Of a stretch of 64,000 bases of DNA, positions 28,812-37,840 are shown one piece after another; position 1 is the stretch's first letter, and every line of letters begins with the position of its first letter. Under the pieces are notes generated by a model. That model searched no databases. It saw only the letters and a list, made by a program, of their open reading frames with translations, and was not told the DNA's origin. The translations under genes and the position numbers were made by a program. Source of the stretch: an uncultured bacterium (lineage in GTDB: Bacteria; CSSED10-310; CAZUFC01); NCBI GenBank assembly GCA_964619725.1, contig CAZUFC010000004.1, positions 32,001 through 96,000 on the forward strand, read 5' to 3'.

Positions 28812-28971
28812 ATACGGCGCTTGTCGGTTTGATTGATTCTATTTGGCCGCTTTCCGCAAGTTCGAGTACCGCTTAAAATTTTACTGCTGTAAAGAAACTA
28901 TCAGGTCATCGCCCCATTCTCTGTAATCCCTTCATTATCCTCAAGAATCTTTCACACCGAAGGCGCCGTAT
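28812..28971. repeat. Imperfect ~29-bp inverted repeat enclosing ~105 nt
   Basis: ATACGGCGCTTGTCGGTTTGATTGATTCT (28812-28840) is complementary to AGAATCTTTCACACCGAAGGCGCCGTAT (28944-28971). Confidence 0.7.
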
Positions 28972-29064
28972 TTCTTTCTGCCTTAATCAGGATGTCTGTT
29001 GGCGTTCAATCATTATCAGGCCCTGGCTTCCATCGCCGGAACATAATGGTGATTGCTGTTTTTG

Positions 29065-29092
29065 TTGCAATATCGCAATCCTGAGGTATAAT
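29065..29092 (+). promoter_or_regulatory. Putative promoter of the oxidative-stress block, with a palindrome over the -35
   Basis: TTGCAA-N16-TATAAT. TTGCAATATCGCAA (29065-29078) is a 12/14 palindrome. Confidence 0.55.
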
Positions 29093-29136
29093 CGACCAAC
29101 GTTCCATCTCATGCACTTCAAAAAGGAGGATAAGGA

Positions 29137-29523
29137 ATGAAAGAATTATTTCAAACAGCTGACTGGAAATCGGAAAAACACGCGCCTGTCATTACGGTAC
29201 GCGAATCCGCTGAAAAAGGGGAAATCCTGGATATAGAATTAAGCGTCGGCAAAGAGATACCGCATCCCAATACCACTGAACATCACATTTCGTGGATCGA
29301 ACTTTATTTCCATCCCGAAGGTGAGAAATTCCCTTATGCCCTGGGCAAATTTGAGTTTTCATGTCACGGCGCTTCAGTCCAGGGGCCTGACTCGAGTACT
29401 GTATATACTCATCCCAAAGTCGTTTGCTCTATGAAAACGGAAAAGTCCGGAAGCATCCACGCAATGGCTTATTGCAACATCCATGGGCTGTGGAGCAGTG
29501 TTGCGGAATTGAAGGTTAAATAA
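29137..29523 (+). CDS. Superoxide reductase (class II/neelaredoxin type)
   Basis: EKHAP, HPNTTEHHISWI and YCNIHGLW iron ligands. AGGAGG RBS. Confidence 0.93.
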   Translation: MKELFQTADWKSEKHAPVITVRESAEKGEILDIELSVGKEIPHPNTTEHHISWIELYFHPEGEKFPYALGKFEFSCHGASVQGPDSSTVYTHPKVVCSMKTEKSGSIHAMAYCNIHGLWSSVAELKVK

Positions 29524-29636
29524 ATTACGTCGTCGAACTCCTGTGAATTCGATAAAGCCGTTCGAACAAACGGTTTCAACGAATTGAACGATTCAGGAGG
29601 AAATGTAGAGTTCATTTTTAAAGGAGGAAATTGATC

Positions 29637-30149
29637 GTGCTTAAAGAAAATATGGAAAAAGCATTGAATGAACAGATTAACGCTGAATTGTTTTCAGCGT
29701 ACCTTTATCTTTCGATGTCAGCTTATTTTGAATCAATTGATCTGGCGGGATTCGGAAACTGGATGAAACTTCAGGCTCAGGAAGAAGCGGAACATGCTAT
29801 GAAAATATACGATTTCGTCAATCAAAGAGGTGGCCGAGTCATCCTTACGGCGATAGAAGCCCCACAGAGTGAATGGAAGTCCCCTTTGGACGCTTTCGAG
29901 GATGTATACAGTCACGAGCAGAAAGTGACGAAAATGATTCACGATCTCGTAGATTTGGCGCTGCAAGAGAAAGATCACGCCTCCAATAATTTTTTACAAT
30001 GGTTCGTATCAGAACAGGTTGAAGAAGAAGACTCAGCTCAGACAGTCCTTCAGAAGCTCAAACTCATCGGAGATAAAGGGCATGGTCTTTTTATGATCGA
30101 CAGAGAATTGGGAAACAGGAAGGCAGAGTCTGGCTCTGAAGAGGAATAG
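29637..30149 (+). CDS. ftnA: Non-heme ferritin
   Basis: [47 protein letters not shown]. Start GTG 29637 or TTG 29631. Confidence 0.92.
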   Translation: MLKENMEKALNEQINAELFSAYLYLSMSAYFESIDLAGFGNWMKLQAQEEAEHAMKIYDFVNQRGGRVILTAIEAPQSEWKSPLDAFEDVYSHEQKVTKMIHDLVDLALQEKDHASNNFLQWFVSEQVEEEDSAQTVLQKLKLIGDKGHGLFMIDRELGNRKAESGSEEE

Positions 30150-30318
30150 GTATTCCGGATTTTTAGCTGACGGTTTTCTTTTATAGTTCGGAATCGCATG
30201 AGTTCCGAATTTCTGTAAGTTTAGTGAATCGACGTGTGAATTATTGTATCAGTTAAGAGGGAACGAAGGATATGTTTGTTTTGGATGACGTCTCAATTGC
30301 TGAAAAGGAGTTTTTATA

Positions 30319-30783
30319 ATGAAAGAATTCAATTCGACCGAAGAAATTTTGGATTTTGCGGTACAGGAGGAAGAAAAAGCGTTTCAGTTTTACAAGAGTC
30401 TGGCTGAGAAAACTGAAAAACCCTGGATGAGGGAAGTTTTTATGGAATTTGCTCGTGAAGAGGCGTCTCACAAAGAAAAATTGCTCCAGGTTAAAGAAGG
30501 GAAGCAGGTACTGGTTGATGTTAAGGGAAAAGTAATGGATTTAAAAATAGCCGATTATCTTGTAGAAATGGAACCGAACCCGGAAATGGATTACCAGCAA
30601 GCCTTAGTCGTTGCCATGAAAAAAGAAAAAGCTGCATTTAAATTGTATTCGGACCTGGCGGGAAGAATAGATGATCCGGAACTCAAGTCAGTTTTCCTGT
30701 CATTGGCTCAGGAAGAGGCAAAACATAAATTGAAATTTGAAATTGAATATGATGATAATTTCCTTACAGAAAAAAAATGGTAG
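30319..30783 (+). CDS. Rubrerythrin-family ferritin-like diiron protein (no rubredoxin domain)
   Basis: Two ExxH modules (AREEASH, AQEEAKH) and E...FY helices. Confidence 0.88.
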   Translation: MKEFNSTEEILDFAVQEEEKAFQFYKSLAEKTEKPWMREVFMEFAREEASHKEKLLQVKEGKQVLVDVKGKVMDLKIADYLVEMEPNPEMDYQQALVVAMKKEKAAFKLYSDLAGRIDDPELKSVFLSLAQEEAKHKLKFEIEYDDNFLTEKKW

Positions 30784-30876
30784 GCCTGAGCAGAGCCTTT
30801 CGCGGGATACCATTGATCATGATATCGGAACTTAAATTAAATCGTTCCACATCATTTATTGCAAAGGAGCTCCATC

Positions 30877-31365
30877 ATGGTCGAAGATAAAAAAGCGGAG
30901 ACGGGTGATAAGGCCCCTGATTTCGTATTGCAAAACGCGGAAGAACAGGAAATACGCTTGAGCGATTTGGTCGGAAAATGGATTACGCTTTATTTTTATC
31001 CTAAAGACAATACGAGCGGGTGCACGTTGGAAGCCGTAAATTTTACCAATGCTTTGGATGAATTTAAGAAACTTGGCGGCATAATCATCGGCATCAGTCC
31101 GGATTCCTGTCAGAGTCACAGGAATTTTAAAGCGAAACATGACTTAAAAGTCGTGCTGTTGAGCGATCCTGATAAATCCATAATAAAGCGTTATGGGGTT
31201 TGGGCATTGAAGAAAATGTACGGTAAAGAATATTACGGCGTCGAAAGAAGCACCTTTCTTATTGATCCCGACGGAAAAATAGCTCATGCCTGGCGAAAAG
31301 TAAAAGTTAAAGGGCATGTGGAAGAAGTGAAAGAAAAATTAAGGGAGTTGGTCGGCAAGGCTTAA
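30877..31365 (+). CDS. bcp: Peroxiredoxin Q / Bcp
   Basis: LYFYPKDNTSGCTLEA, GISPDS, ERSTFLID. AAGGAG RBS. Confidence 0.93.
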   Translation: MVEDKKAETGDKAPDFVLQNAEEQEIRLSDLVGKWITLYFYPKDNTSGCTLEAVNFTNALDEFKKLGGIIIGISPDSCQSHRNFKAKHDLKVVLLSDPDKSIIKRYGVWALKKMYGKEYYGVERSTFLIDPDGKIAHAWRKVKVKGHVEEVKEKLRELVGKA

Positions 31366-31543
31366 TCCTGTGGATGAAATTTCGGTGAGATGAAAATACC
31401 CAGCTTTTATGGAATCGATTGCAAAGATCACGCAACCACGGATGGCAAGGATTTTTACTGGCAGAGAAGAAGCGATTCGCAAAAATTGCAGCTCTCGTTT
31501 GATCATTACCGAAATTACTTACTTTTAAAATGAAGGATGCAAT

Positions 31544-32107
31544 ATGGAGTTGATGGAAGCGATAGAGAAAAGAAGGGCTTATCGGGCGCTGGAGAAAACC
31601 CGGATCAACGAAAACATGATAAGGCAATTGGTTCAAACTGCACAATTAGCGCCCTCTTGTTATAATCATCAACCCTGGCGTTTTGTTTTCATTCATAGCG
31701 AAAAACAAATGACAGCAATGAAATACGCCTTGTCAAAAGGAAATCGTTGGGCTTACAGAGCATCTGGGTTCGCCGTCGTATTCAGCCGAAAAGATTTCGA
31801 CTGCGTAATTAAAAAACGTGAATATTTCCTGTTCGATTCCGGCATGGCCACGGCCTTTCTTATCCTCAAGGCTGTTGAATTGGGACTGGTCGCTCATCCC
31901 ATTGCCGGATACGACGAAGAAAAAGTTAAAGAGATACTTAATATTCCAAAGGATATGAGAGTTATTACGGTTATTGTGCTTGGAAAACATTCCGCAAAGT
32001 TTGAAGATTTGTTGTCCGACAAGCAAATCGAGTTAGAAAAAGAAAGACCTGTTCGTTTCGCGATGGATAAATTCCTTTATTTCAATGCATATGAAGAGAA
32101 GGAGTGA
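31544..32107 (+). CDS. Nitroreductase family protein
   Basis: AIEKRRAYR, APSCYNHQPWRF, DSGMA, AVELGL. Confidence 0.9.
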   Translation: MELMEAIEKRRAYRALEKTRINENMIRQLVQTAQLAPSCYNHQPWRFVFIHSEKQMTAMKYALSKGNRWAYRASGFAVVFSRKDFDCVIKKREYFLFDSGMATAFLILKAVELGLVAHPIAGYDEEKVKEILNIPKDMRVITVIVLGKHSAKFEDLLSDKQIELEKERPVRFAMDKFLYFNAYEEKE

Positions 32108-32110
32108 AAA

Positions 32111-32398
32111 ATGAACTCAAAGGTCACAACAGTGGAAGGTGAAAACAAAGGTTCGGTTATGCTTTTTGCCTTAAGTACCTGTGTGTGGTGTAAAAAAACG
32201 AAAAAATTTCTGAATGAATTGGGCATCCGATACAAATACGTTGACGTGGATAAATTAGATGTAAACGAAAAAGCCGATACCATGAATGAGTTAAGTAGGT
32301 TCAATCCTCGATGCTCTTTTCCTACATTGGTTGTGGATGACGAGAAATGCATCGTCGGATATGATGCTGTCAAAATAAAAGAATCTCTTGGAAAATAA
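32111..32398 (+). CDS. Glutaredoxin-like (NrdH-type) protein
   Basis: STCVWC CxxC motif, SFPTLVV, IVGY. Confidence 0.88.
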   Translation: MNSKVTTVEGENKGSVMLFALSTCVWCKKTKKFLNELGIRYKYVDVDKLDVNEKADTMNELSRFNPRCSFPTLVVDDEKCIVGYDAVKIKESLGK

Positions 32399-32424
32399 AC
32401 TTCAAAGATTAATTTCCCGCAAGT

Positions 32425-32479
32425 AAAGTCGACAACCGCTCGCCGGACATTGAGCCTGCGGTTGTCGACTTTCATTTTT
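32425..32479 (+). terminator. Intrinsic terminator-like hairpin
   Basis: AAAGTCGACAACCGC...GCGGTTGTCGACTTT, a perfect 15-bp stem, followed by CATTTTT. Confidence 0.75.
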
Positions 32480-32686
32480 CAACAATTTTTCAAATTTTCT
32501 GAAATTATTTGGAAAATTGATTGGAAATATTCGACTGGTTGTGCTATGATTTTTTTGTAACTTAAGAGATGATCGGATATTTCCGTTCTTTTGCTTTTGA
32601 AACCAGGAAGATTTGGGGACTTTCTTTGCTGAGTTCAGGGAATGAAGGATGAGATGAGCTTTAATGAAAAATGAGAGAAATCGGAC

Positions 32687-34423
32687 ATGGAAAAAAAGGT
32701 TCAGAAAAAGCAGGAAAAAAACGAAGGAAACTTAAAGAAAAATTCTCCTGACGGGCGCTTGCCGGGAAATAATTCCAGTTCATGGTTAACGAGCCGTTAT
32801 GCTCAGAAATATTTGGATATCGCCGGCGCAATAATAGTGATTATTGACCCGAACGGAGAAATTTCGCTGATCAATCAAAAGGGCTGTAAGATTCTGGGCG
32901 CGAAAAAAGAAGAGTTAATCGGCAAGAATTGGTTCGATATGTTTATTCCGAAGCGCCTTAACAAAAAAGTTAAAAAAGTCTTTAATGAGCTGATGAAGAA
33001 TCCGGATGAAAAACATCAGCATTACGTCAACCCTATTATTGATGCTGCGGGAAAAGAACGTTTAATTTCATGGAGAAATACGATCCTTTTCGATGCAGAA
33101 GGAAATGTCGCGGGTTCATTGAGCTCAGGAGAGGATATTACGAATATAAAAGAAGCCGAGTTGGCTTCGAGAATCTATGCCGAGAAACTTGAAGCGATGC
33201 GCCGGATTGATCGGGTTATTTTGGAGGCTGAAACGAAAGAGGAAATGGCGCAATCAAGTTTGCTGCAGGTTGATCAACTATTGCCTTATGACAGAGCTTG
33301 TATAATGCTGTTTGATTTGAAAAAAAACAAGGCTGAGGTTATCGCATCAGTCGCTAAAAAAGATATGATCCCGGAAGACCGGATCAGCATGAACGATTTA
33401 GATTTCATTTCCGATTTGTCTGATGGAAAGCCTGTTCTGAAAAAAAACATCAGGAATGTTTCATGCGTATCTCCCTATTTTGTAAAAACTTACCGTCAAG
33501 GCATCAGATCATTCGTCTTATCGCCTTTAATTTATCACGGTGCATTGCTTGGAGCGTTATCCCTGCAAAGCAAAACACCCAGTACTTTTAAGGTTGATAA
33601 CCTCGGATTACTCAAAGACCTGACTGACCATTTGGCCATTGCCGTTAAACAGTCCTCTTTGCATGAAACTCTCGAAAAAAATGCCGTATTGCTTAAAACT
33701 AAAGTGCAACAAAGAACTGCGCAACTCAAAAAAAGAAATACTGAACTCGAAGCTTTCGCCGCTTCAGTTTCTCATGATTTGAGAGCTCCTTTAAGAGCTA
33801 TCAGAATTTTTTGTCAACTGCTCAGCGCTGACTGTAAAAAAAATTTGAACGAAAAAGGAATACGGCATCTTGAGGGCATCTCAAGATCAGCCGAATATAT
33901 GGATGAACTTATTCAAGACCTGATGGAATACAGCCGCTTGGCTTTAGATCAAGTGAAACTGACTCCCCTCAAACCAGATAAAATCCTGGATGACGTCATT
34001 TGTCAATTAAAACCAGATATCGAAATGAAAAATGCCGAAATTATCATTCGTAAACCGCTCCCTGAAATTTACGGTCAGAAAACTGTTTTATCGCAAATCT
34101 TCTTCAATCTCATCGGTAATTCGCTGAAATTCGTCGAACCGAGTGAAAAACCCTTAATCAAGGTCTGGGCTGACGACGATAATGACTCCGTTCGATTCTG
34201 GCTTCAGGATAACGGCATTGGTATCGATAATAAATATTTCCATAAAATTTTCAACGTCTTTGAGAGATTAAATCCTCAAAGCGAATATCCCGGAACTGGG
34301 ATCGGATTAGCGCTAGTCAAAAAAGGAATGGACAGATTGGGTGGAAAAGTGGAGGTCTATTCGGAAGTTGGAAAAGGCACCAAATTCGGACTTGAATTAA
34401 AAAAGCCTTCCGCTCCTCTTTAA
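32687..34423 (+). CDS. Cytoplasmic PAS-GAF histidine kinase (Cph1/COG4251-like kinase core)
   Basis: PAS (ELIGKNWF), GAF, SVSHDLRAPLR H-box, NLIGNSLKF, DNGIGI, YPGTGIGL. Confidence 0.9.
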   Translation: MEKKVQKKQEKNEGNLKKNSPDGRLPGNNSSSWLTSRYAQKYLDIAGAIIVIIDPNGEISLINQKGCKILGAKKEELIGKNWFDMFIPKRLNKKVKKVFNELMKNPDEKHQHYVNPIIDAAGKERLISWRNTILFDAEGNVAGSLSSGEDITNIKEAELASRIYAEKLEAMRRIDRVILEAETKEEMAQSSLLQVDQLLPYDRACIMLFDLKKNKAEVIASVAKKDMIPEDRISMNDLDFISDLSDGKPVLKKNIRNVSCVSPYFVKTYRQGIRSFVLSPLIYHGALLGALSLQSKTPSTFKVDNLGLLKDLTDHLAIAVKQSSLHETLEKNAVLLKTKVQQRTAQLKKRNTELEAFAASVSHDLRAPLRAIRIFCQLLSADCKKNLNEKGIRHLEGISRSAEYMDELIQDLMEYSRLALDQVKLTPLKPDKILDDVICQLKPDIEMKNAEIIIRKPLPEIYGQKTVLSQIFFNLIGNSLKFVEPSEKPLIKVWADDDNDSVRFWLQDNGIGIDNKYFHKIFNVFERLNPQSEYPGTGIGLALVKKGMDRLGGKVEVYSEVGKGTKFGLELKKPSAPL

Positions 34424-34628
34424 GTTCCACTCGCCTCGCTTGTCATTATCAATCAAGAAGTCCCCGGATGCCTGAAAAATAAGCTTTGCAGCCCCAGCAC
34501 GCAACGTCTTTTATTGAGCATTCCTGAAATCAGAAGATTCTCGTCTTTCATTCATTGATGTTTCAACAAGAGCGCTTGACCAGGGAATTTTCATACTTTT
34601 TCTGCAGTCCGATAAGCAACGGACAAAT

Positions 34629-34719
34629 TTGACAAAGCGGCAATTATCTGGTAAAAATAGTAATTGTGGCAAAACCGGAAGCCCCTGCGGCTTCCTTTGA
34701 GCCGGGGTTGCATTTTTTT
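34629..34719 (+). promoter_or_regulatory. Promoter followed by a short attenuator/terminator-like leader
   Basis: TTGACA-N17-TAAAAA, then CCC-TG-CGGCT-TCCTTTG-AGCCG-GGG and a T7 run. A competing stem GGAAGCC/GGCTTCC is present. Confidence 0.5.
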
Positions 34720-34783
34720 AAGGTAAGGGACGGGTTGGGAATCCACTTAATTATTCAATAGACAGCAGCCAGTTTTTTCTGAA

Positions 34784-36628
34784 GTGCATTTTTGGAAAAA
34801 CAAAAGCGAAATTCAGGAGCTGCATGTGGAAAAAGACAAGAGAGGGGGAAGGTTGAGCGAGCGAGGCCGGGGAGTAAGAGAAGAGATAAATATGGAAGAG
34901 GCGCTTGGCGATGAGAGCAATCGAGATATTTCATATTTATGGGATATTTCTCGTGTTCTTGGTGCGGAGTATAATTCACGGGAATTTTTAAATAAGGTAT
35001 TGGAACAGGTAGTAAAGTATTTGAAAGTTTCCAAGGCGACGATATTGCTGAGGAACAAGAAGGGAAAGTTATCGATCAGAGCATACAAAGGCATGTCTCC
35101 GGATTTGGCGGAGAAGGTAAGCGTCACGCCTGGGGACAGGATAGCGGGGTGGGTATATGAAACAGGCAATCCTTTATTGATCCGGGACATAGAAAAGGAC
35201 CCCCGATTCGGGAAGCCTTCAGGCCGAAGGTATAAGAGCCGATCGTTTTTATGTTATCCGTTAAAAACGCGAAGTCGAGTAATAGGCGTAATAAATGTAA
35301 ACGACAAAACCAACGGAGAGTCTTTTAATGACTATGATCTGCATTTACTTGGAATAATAGCGACAGAAGCAGGAATGCGGCTTGAGACGATATCGTTGCA
35401 TAACCGTCTTATGGTAACGATAAGGTCTCTGAAGAAGAGCAATTTCAAGCATCTGAAAGAAAGGCGACGTCTGGAGTCATTGATCAACAACATATCTGAT
35501 GCATTAGTGCTTAAAAATTCTCAGGGCCGGATAGTATTAAAGAACGATACGGCTGAGGAATTGTTGTTTCAGAGTCACCGGAGTACAAAAAGGATTACGA
35601 TTCCACAAAGCAAAAAGGATATGCCTTTGGAATGCGATAATTTTACGGACAATGAATTTCGGCGATTGCTGGAGAGTCATGTGGGAAGATTGAGGAGGGG
35701 CGAATTAAAAATTTCGGAGGAATTTGAAACATACGACAAAAATAAGGGTAAGGTTCATTTGCTTGTTTTAAGCACGGTGATAAAGAAGAACGACGCGAGA
35801 GTGCAAAATTATCTTCATTTGATTCGAGACATAAGCATTGAAAAGGAGACGGAGGAAAAAAAGCAAGAGTTCATTTCATTAATATCTCATGAACTGCGAA
35901 CGCCTTTGACTCCCCTTAAGACCTATATGACTCTTTTGCTTGAAGGTTCCATGGGTCGTTTGAATGAGGCGGCGCACGAGACGCTTGAAATTATGATGGG
36001 ACAATTGAGAAGGTTGGAGTTGGAGATCAAGAATTTACTTTTCATATCGAATCTCAATTCAGATGATGTTGTACCATTTTGGGAAGAAGTCGAGTTAAAC
36101 GCATTGGTAAAGGAAACTTTAGAGAAGTATGAATTTTTGGGCAGGCAACGAGGGATAAATTTTCAGTTGAAGTCCAATTCGGAGCGAGTAATCATCAGGT
36201 CAGACCCCAAACTGATTTCGATAATATTGGCTAATTTGCTTGCTAACGGAATAAAATTCAGCTCGAAGGGCGAAAACATCAATATCACGATAACCGATGG
36301 AGACAAGTATGGAGATGAGATCGACGGAAAAATGGATCAATTGGAAGAGGATTCGGTATACATTTGCATAGAAGATCAGGGAATAGGCATACCCAGGAAT
36401 GATCAGGAGAGGATATTCAAAATGTTCGAGCAGGTCGAGTCGCCGCTGACGAGGCGTCATGGGGGCAGCGGTCTGGGTTTATACATCGTAAGACGCCTGA
36501 CCGAGATTTGCGGCGGTCGTATTTGGGTCAACAGCCGTATGGGAAGAGGTAGTCGATTTTTTTTAATGTTTCACAAACAGAGGAAAAGTAATTATGCAAA
36601 AGAATGCGGAACAATTTGTTCAAAATAA
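34784..36628 (+). CDS. GAF-PAS histidine kinase
   Basis: GAF (IAGWV, VIGVINV), SHELRTPL, NLLANGIKF, DQGIGI, GSGLGL. Real start is probably TTG 34853 or ATG 34892. Confidence 0.9.
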   Translation: MHFWKNKSEIQELHVEKDKRGGRLSERGRGVREEINMEEALGDESNRDISYLWDISRVLGAEYNSREFLNKVLEQVVKYLKVSKATILLRNKKGKLSIRAYKGMSPDLAEKVSVTPGDRIAGWVYETGNPLLIRDIEKDPRFGKPSGRRYKSRSFLCYPLKTRSRVIGVINVNDKTNGESFNDYDLHLLGIIATEAGMRLETISLHNRLMVTIRSLKKSNFKHLKERRRLESLINNISDALVLKNSQGRIVLKNDTAEELLFQSHRSTKRITIPQSKKDMPLECDNFTDNEFRRLLESHVGRLRRGELKISEEFETYDKNKGKVHLLVLSTVIKKNDARVQNYLHLIRDISIEKETEEKKQEFISLISHELRTPLTPLKTYMTLLLEGSMGRLNEAAHETLEIMMGQLRRLELEIKNLLFISNLNSDDVVPFWEEVELNALVKETLEKYEFLGRQRGINFQLKSNSERVIIRSDPKLISIILANLLANGIKFSSKGENINITITDGDKYGDEIDGKMDQLEEDSVYICIEDQGIGIPRNDQERIFKMFEQVESPLTRRHGGSGLGLYIVRRLTEICGGRIWVNSRMGRGSRFFLMFHKQRKSNYAKECGTICSK

Positions 36629-37370
36629 TAAGATTTTGACGAGTTCGCTGAAAAGAGCCGGAATACAGTTTAAAAAAAAGAAGCAGGAGAGTTTTGATTA
36701 TGCTGCTGCTTTAGCCCATGAAATCAGAACGCCTTTAAGCGCCGTCAGGATAATGGTTCAAATGTTGATAAGAGAAACGCTCGGCCCGTTGAACAGCGAC
36801 CAGAAACAGACCGTCGGGGATGTAATGAGCGGTATCGACCGGGTCCTCCGCATGATCAACGGGATGCTGGAATTGGCTCAGATCGATTCCGGCATGTTCG
36901 ATTTAAAGAAAGAGGTTGTGTTGGTTGATGAAGTGCTCAAAGAGGTGAATCAACTTTTGCAGCCGCAAGCTGAAGAAAAGCAGATCGATATTCATATTCC
37001 ATCCACCGGAGCGCTGGTAAAAGCAGACCGGGATAAACTCATTCAAATTCTGACGAATCTGGTTAACAACTCCATCAAGTATACGCCAAAGGGAGGAAGG
37101 ATATTTCTTTCCGGAAAGTCTGAAGGCAAACATTTCGTTTTTTCAGTTAAGGATACGGGATATGGATTAAGCGAAAAGGAAAAGAAGGAGATTTTCAAAC
37201 AATTCGTAAGAGCGAAAAGGGCGAAAGAGCAGGGAATCAGGGGGGCAGGCCTTGGATTGACTATTGCGCAAAGGCTGATAGAACTCCACGGAGGAAATAT
37301 CAGGGTTGAAAGCAGGGAAGGCGAGGGCTGCGAATTCCTGTTTACCGTGGATCAGAAAAAGGTAAATTAG
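36594..37370 (+). CDS. Histidine kinase without sensor domain
   Basis: AHEIRTPL at about residue 40, NLVNNSIKY, DTGYG, GAGLGL. Confidence 0.88.
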   Translation: MQKNAEQFVQNNKILTSSLKRAGIQFKKKKQESFDYAAALAHEIRTPLSAVRIMVQMLIRETLGPLNSDQKQTVGDVMSGIDRVLRMINGMLELAQIDSGMFDLKKEVVLVDEVLKEVNQLLQPQAEEKQIDIHIPSTGALVKADRDKLIQILTNLVNNSIKYTPKGGRIFLSGKSEGKHFVFSVKDTGYGLSEKEKKEIFKQFVRAKRAKEQGIRGAGLGLTIAQRLIELHGGNIRVESREGEGCEFLFTVDQKKVN

Positions 37371-37377
37371 GAGGAAA

Positions 37378-37788
37378 ATGATGTTGAAAAAGAAAGTCTT
37401 GATAATTGATGATGAAAAATTGATTTTGAAAGCAACTCAGTTAGTGCTCAATTCTTATGGTTACGAAGTGGCGACAAGCGTCGACGGTGAAGATGGTTTG
37501 AAAAAAGCCCGTTCTTATTCTCCTGATGTTGTTCTACTGGACATTATGATGCCGGGAATGGACGGATGGCAAACGCTTCGCCGTATGAAGTCCGATCCTC
37601 AAACAGCGGATATTCCCGTCATTATTTTCACGGCCAAGGAATATTTCAGAGGCAGAGAGCTGAGCAGACAGGCCGGTGCGGCGGAGTACATCAGCAAACC
37701 TTTTGAAGCTGAGGATTTGATTGAGACCATCGATCAAATACTGAATAAAAACCGTACGGAGAAAAAGGCCGTGGCCATGGACAAATAG
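37378..37788 (+). CDS. Single-domain response regulator
   Basis: LIIDDE, LLDIMMPGMDG, FTA, KPF. GGAGG RBS. Confidence 0.92.
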   Translation: MMLKKKVLIIDDEKLILKATQLVLNSYGYEVATSVDGEDGLKKARSYSPDVVLLDIMMPGMDGWQTLRRMKSDPQTADIPVIIFTAKEYFRGRELSRQAGAAEYISKPFEAEDLIETIDQILNKNRTEKKAVAMDK

Positions 37789-37840
37789 ATGCGCCTTTAT
37801 TTCGTTGATAAGTTTCCAAGCCTTTAAGGGAGGTTGAATT

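Noticed and set aside
29137-32398. Selenocysteine recoding in the redox genes
   Set aside because: All catalytic positions are ordinary Cys codons and the ORFs are full length.
34638-34712. Resemblance to a c-di-GMP-I riboswitch (GGCAA...GCAAAACC...AGCCGGGGTTGC)
   Set aside because: It lacks the GGCAAAC/GACGC core and tetraloop receptor, and the would-be first stem overlaps the promoter. Kept only as a generic attenuator candidate.
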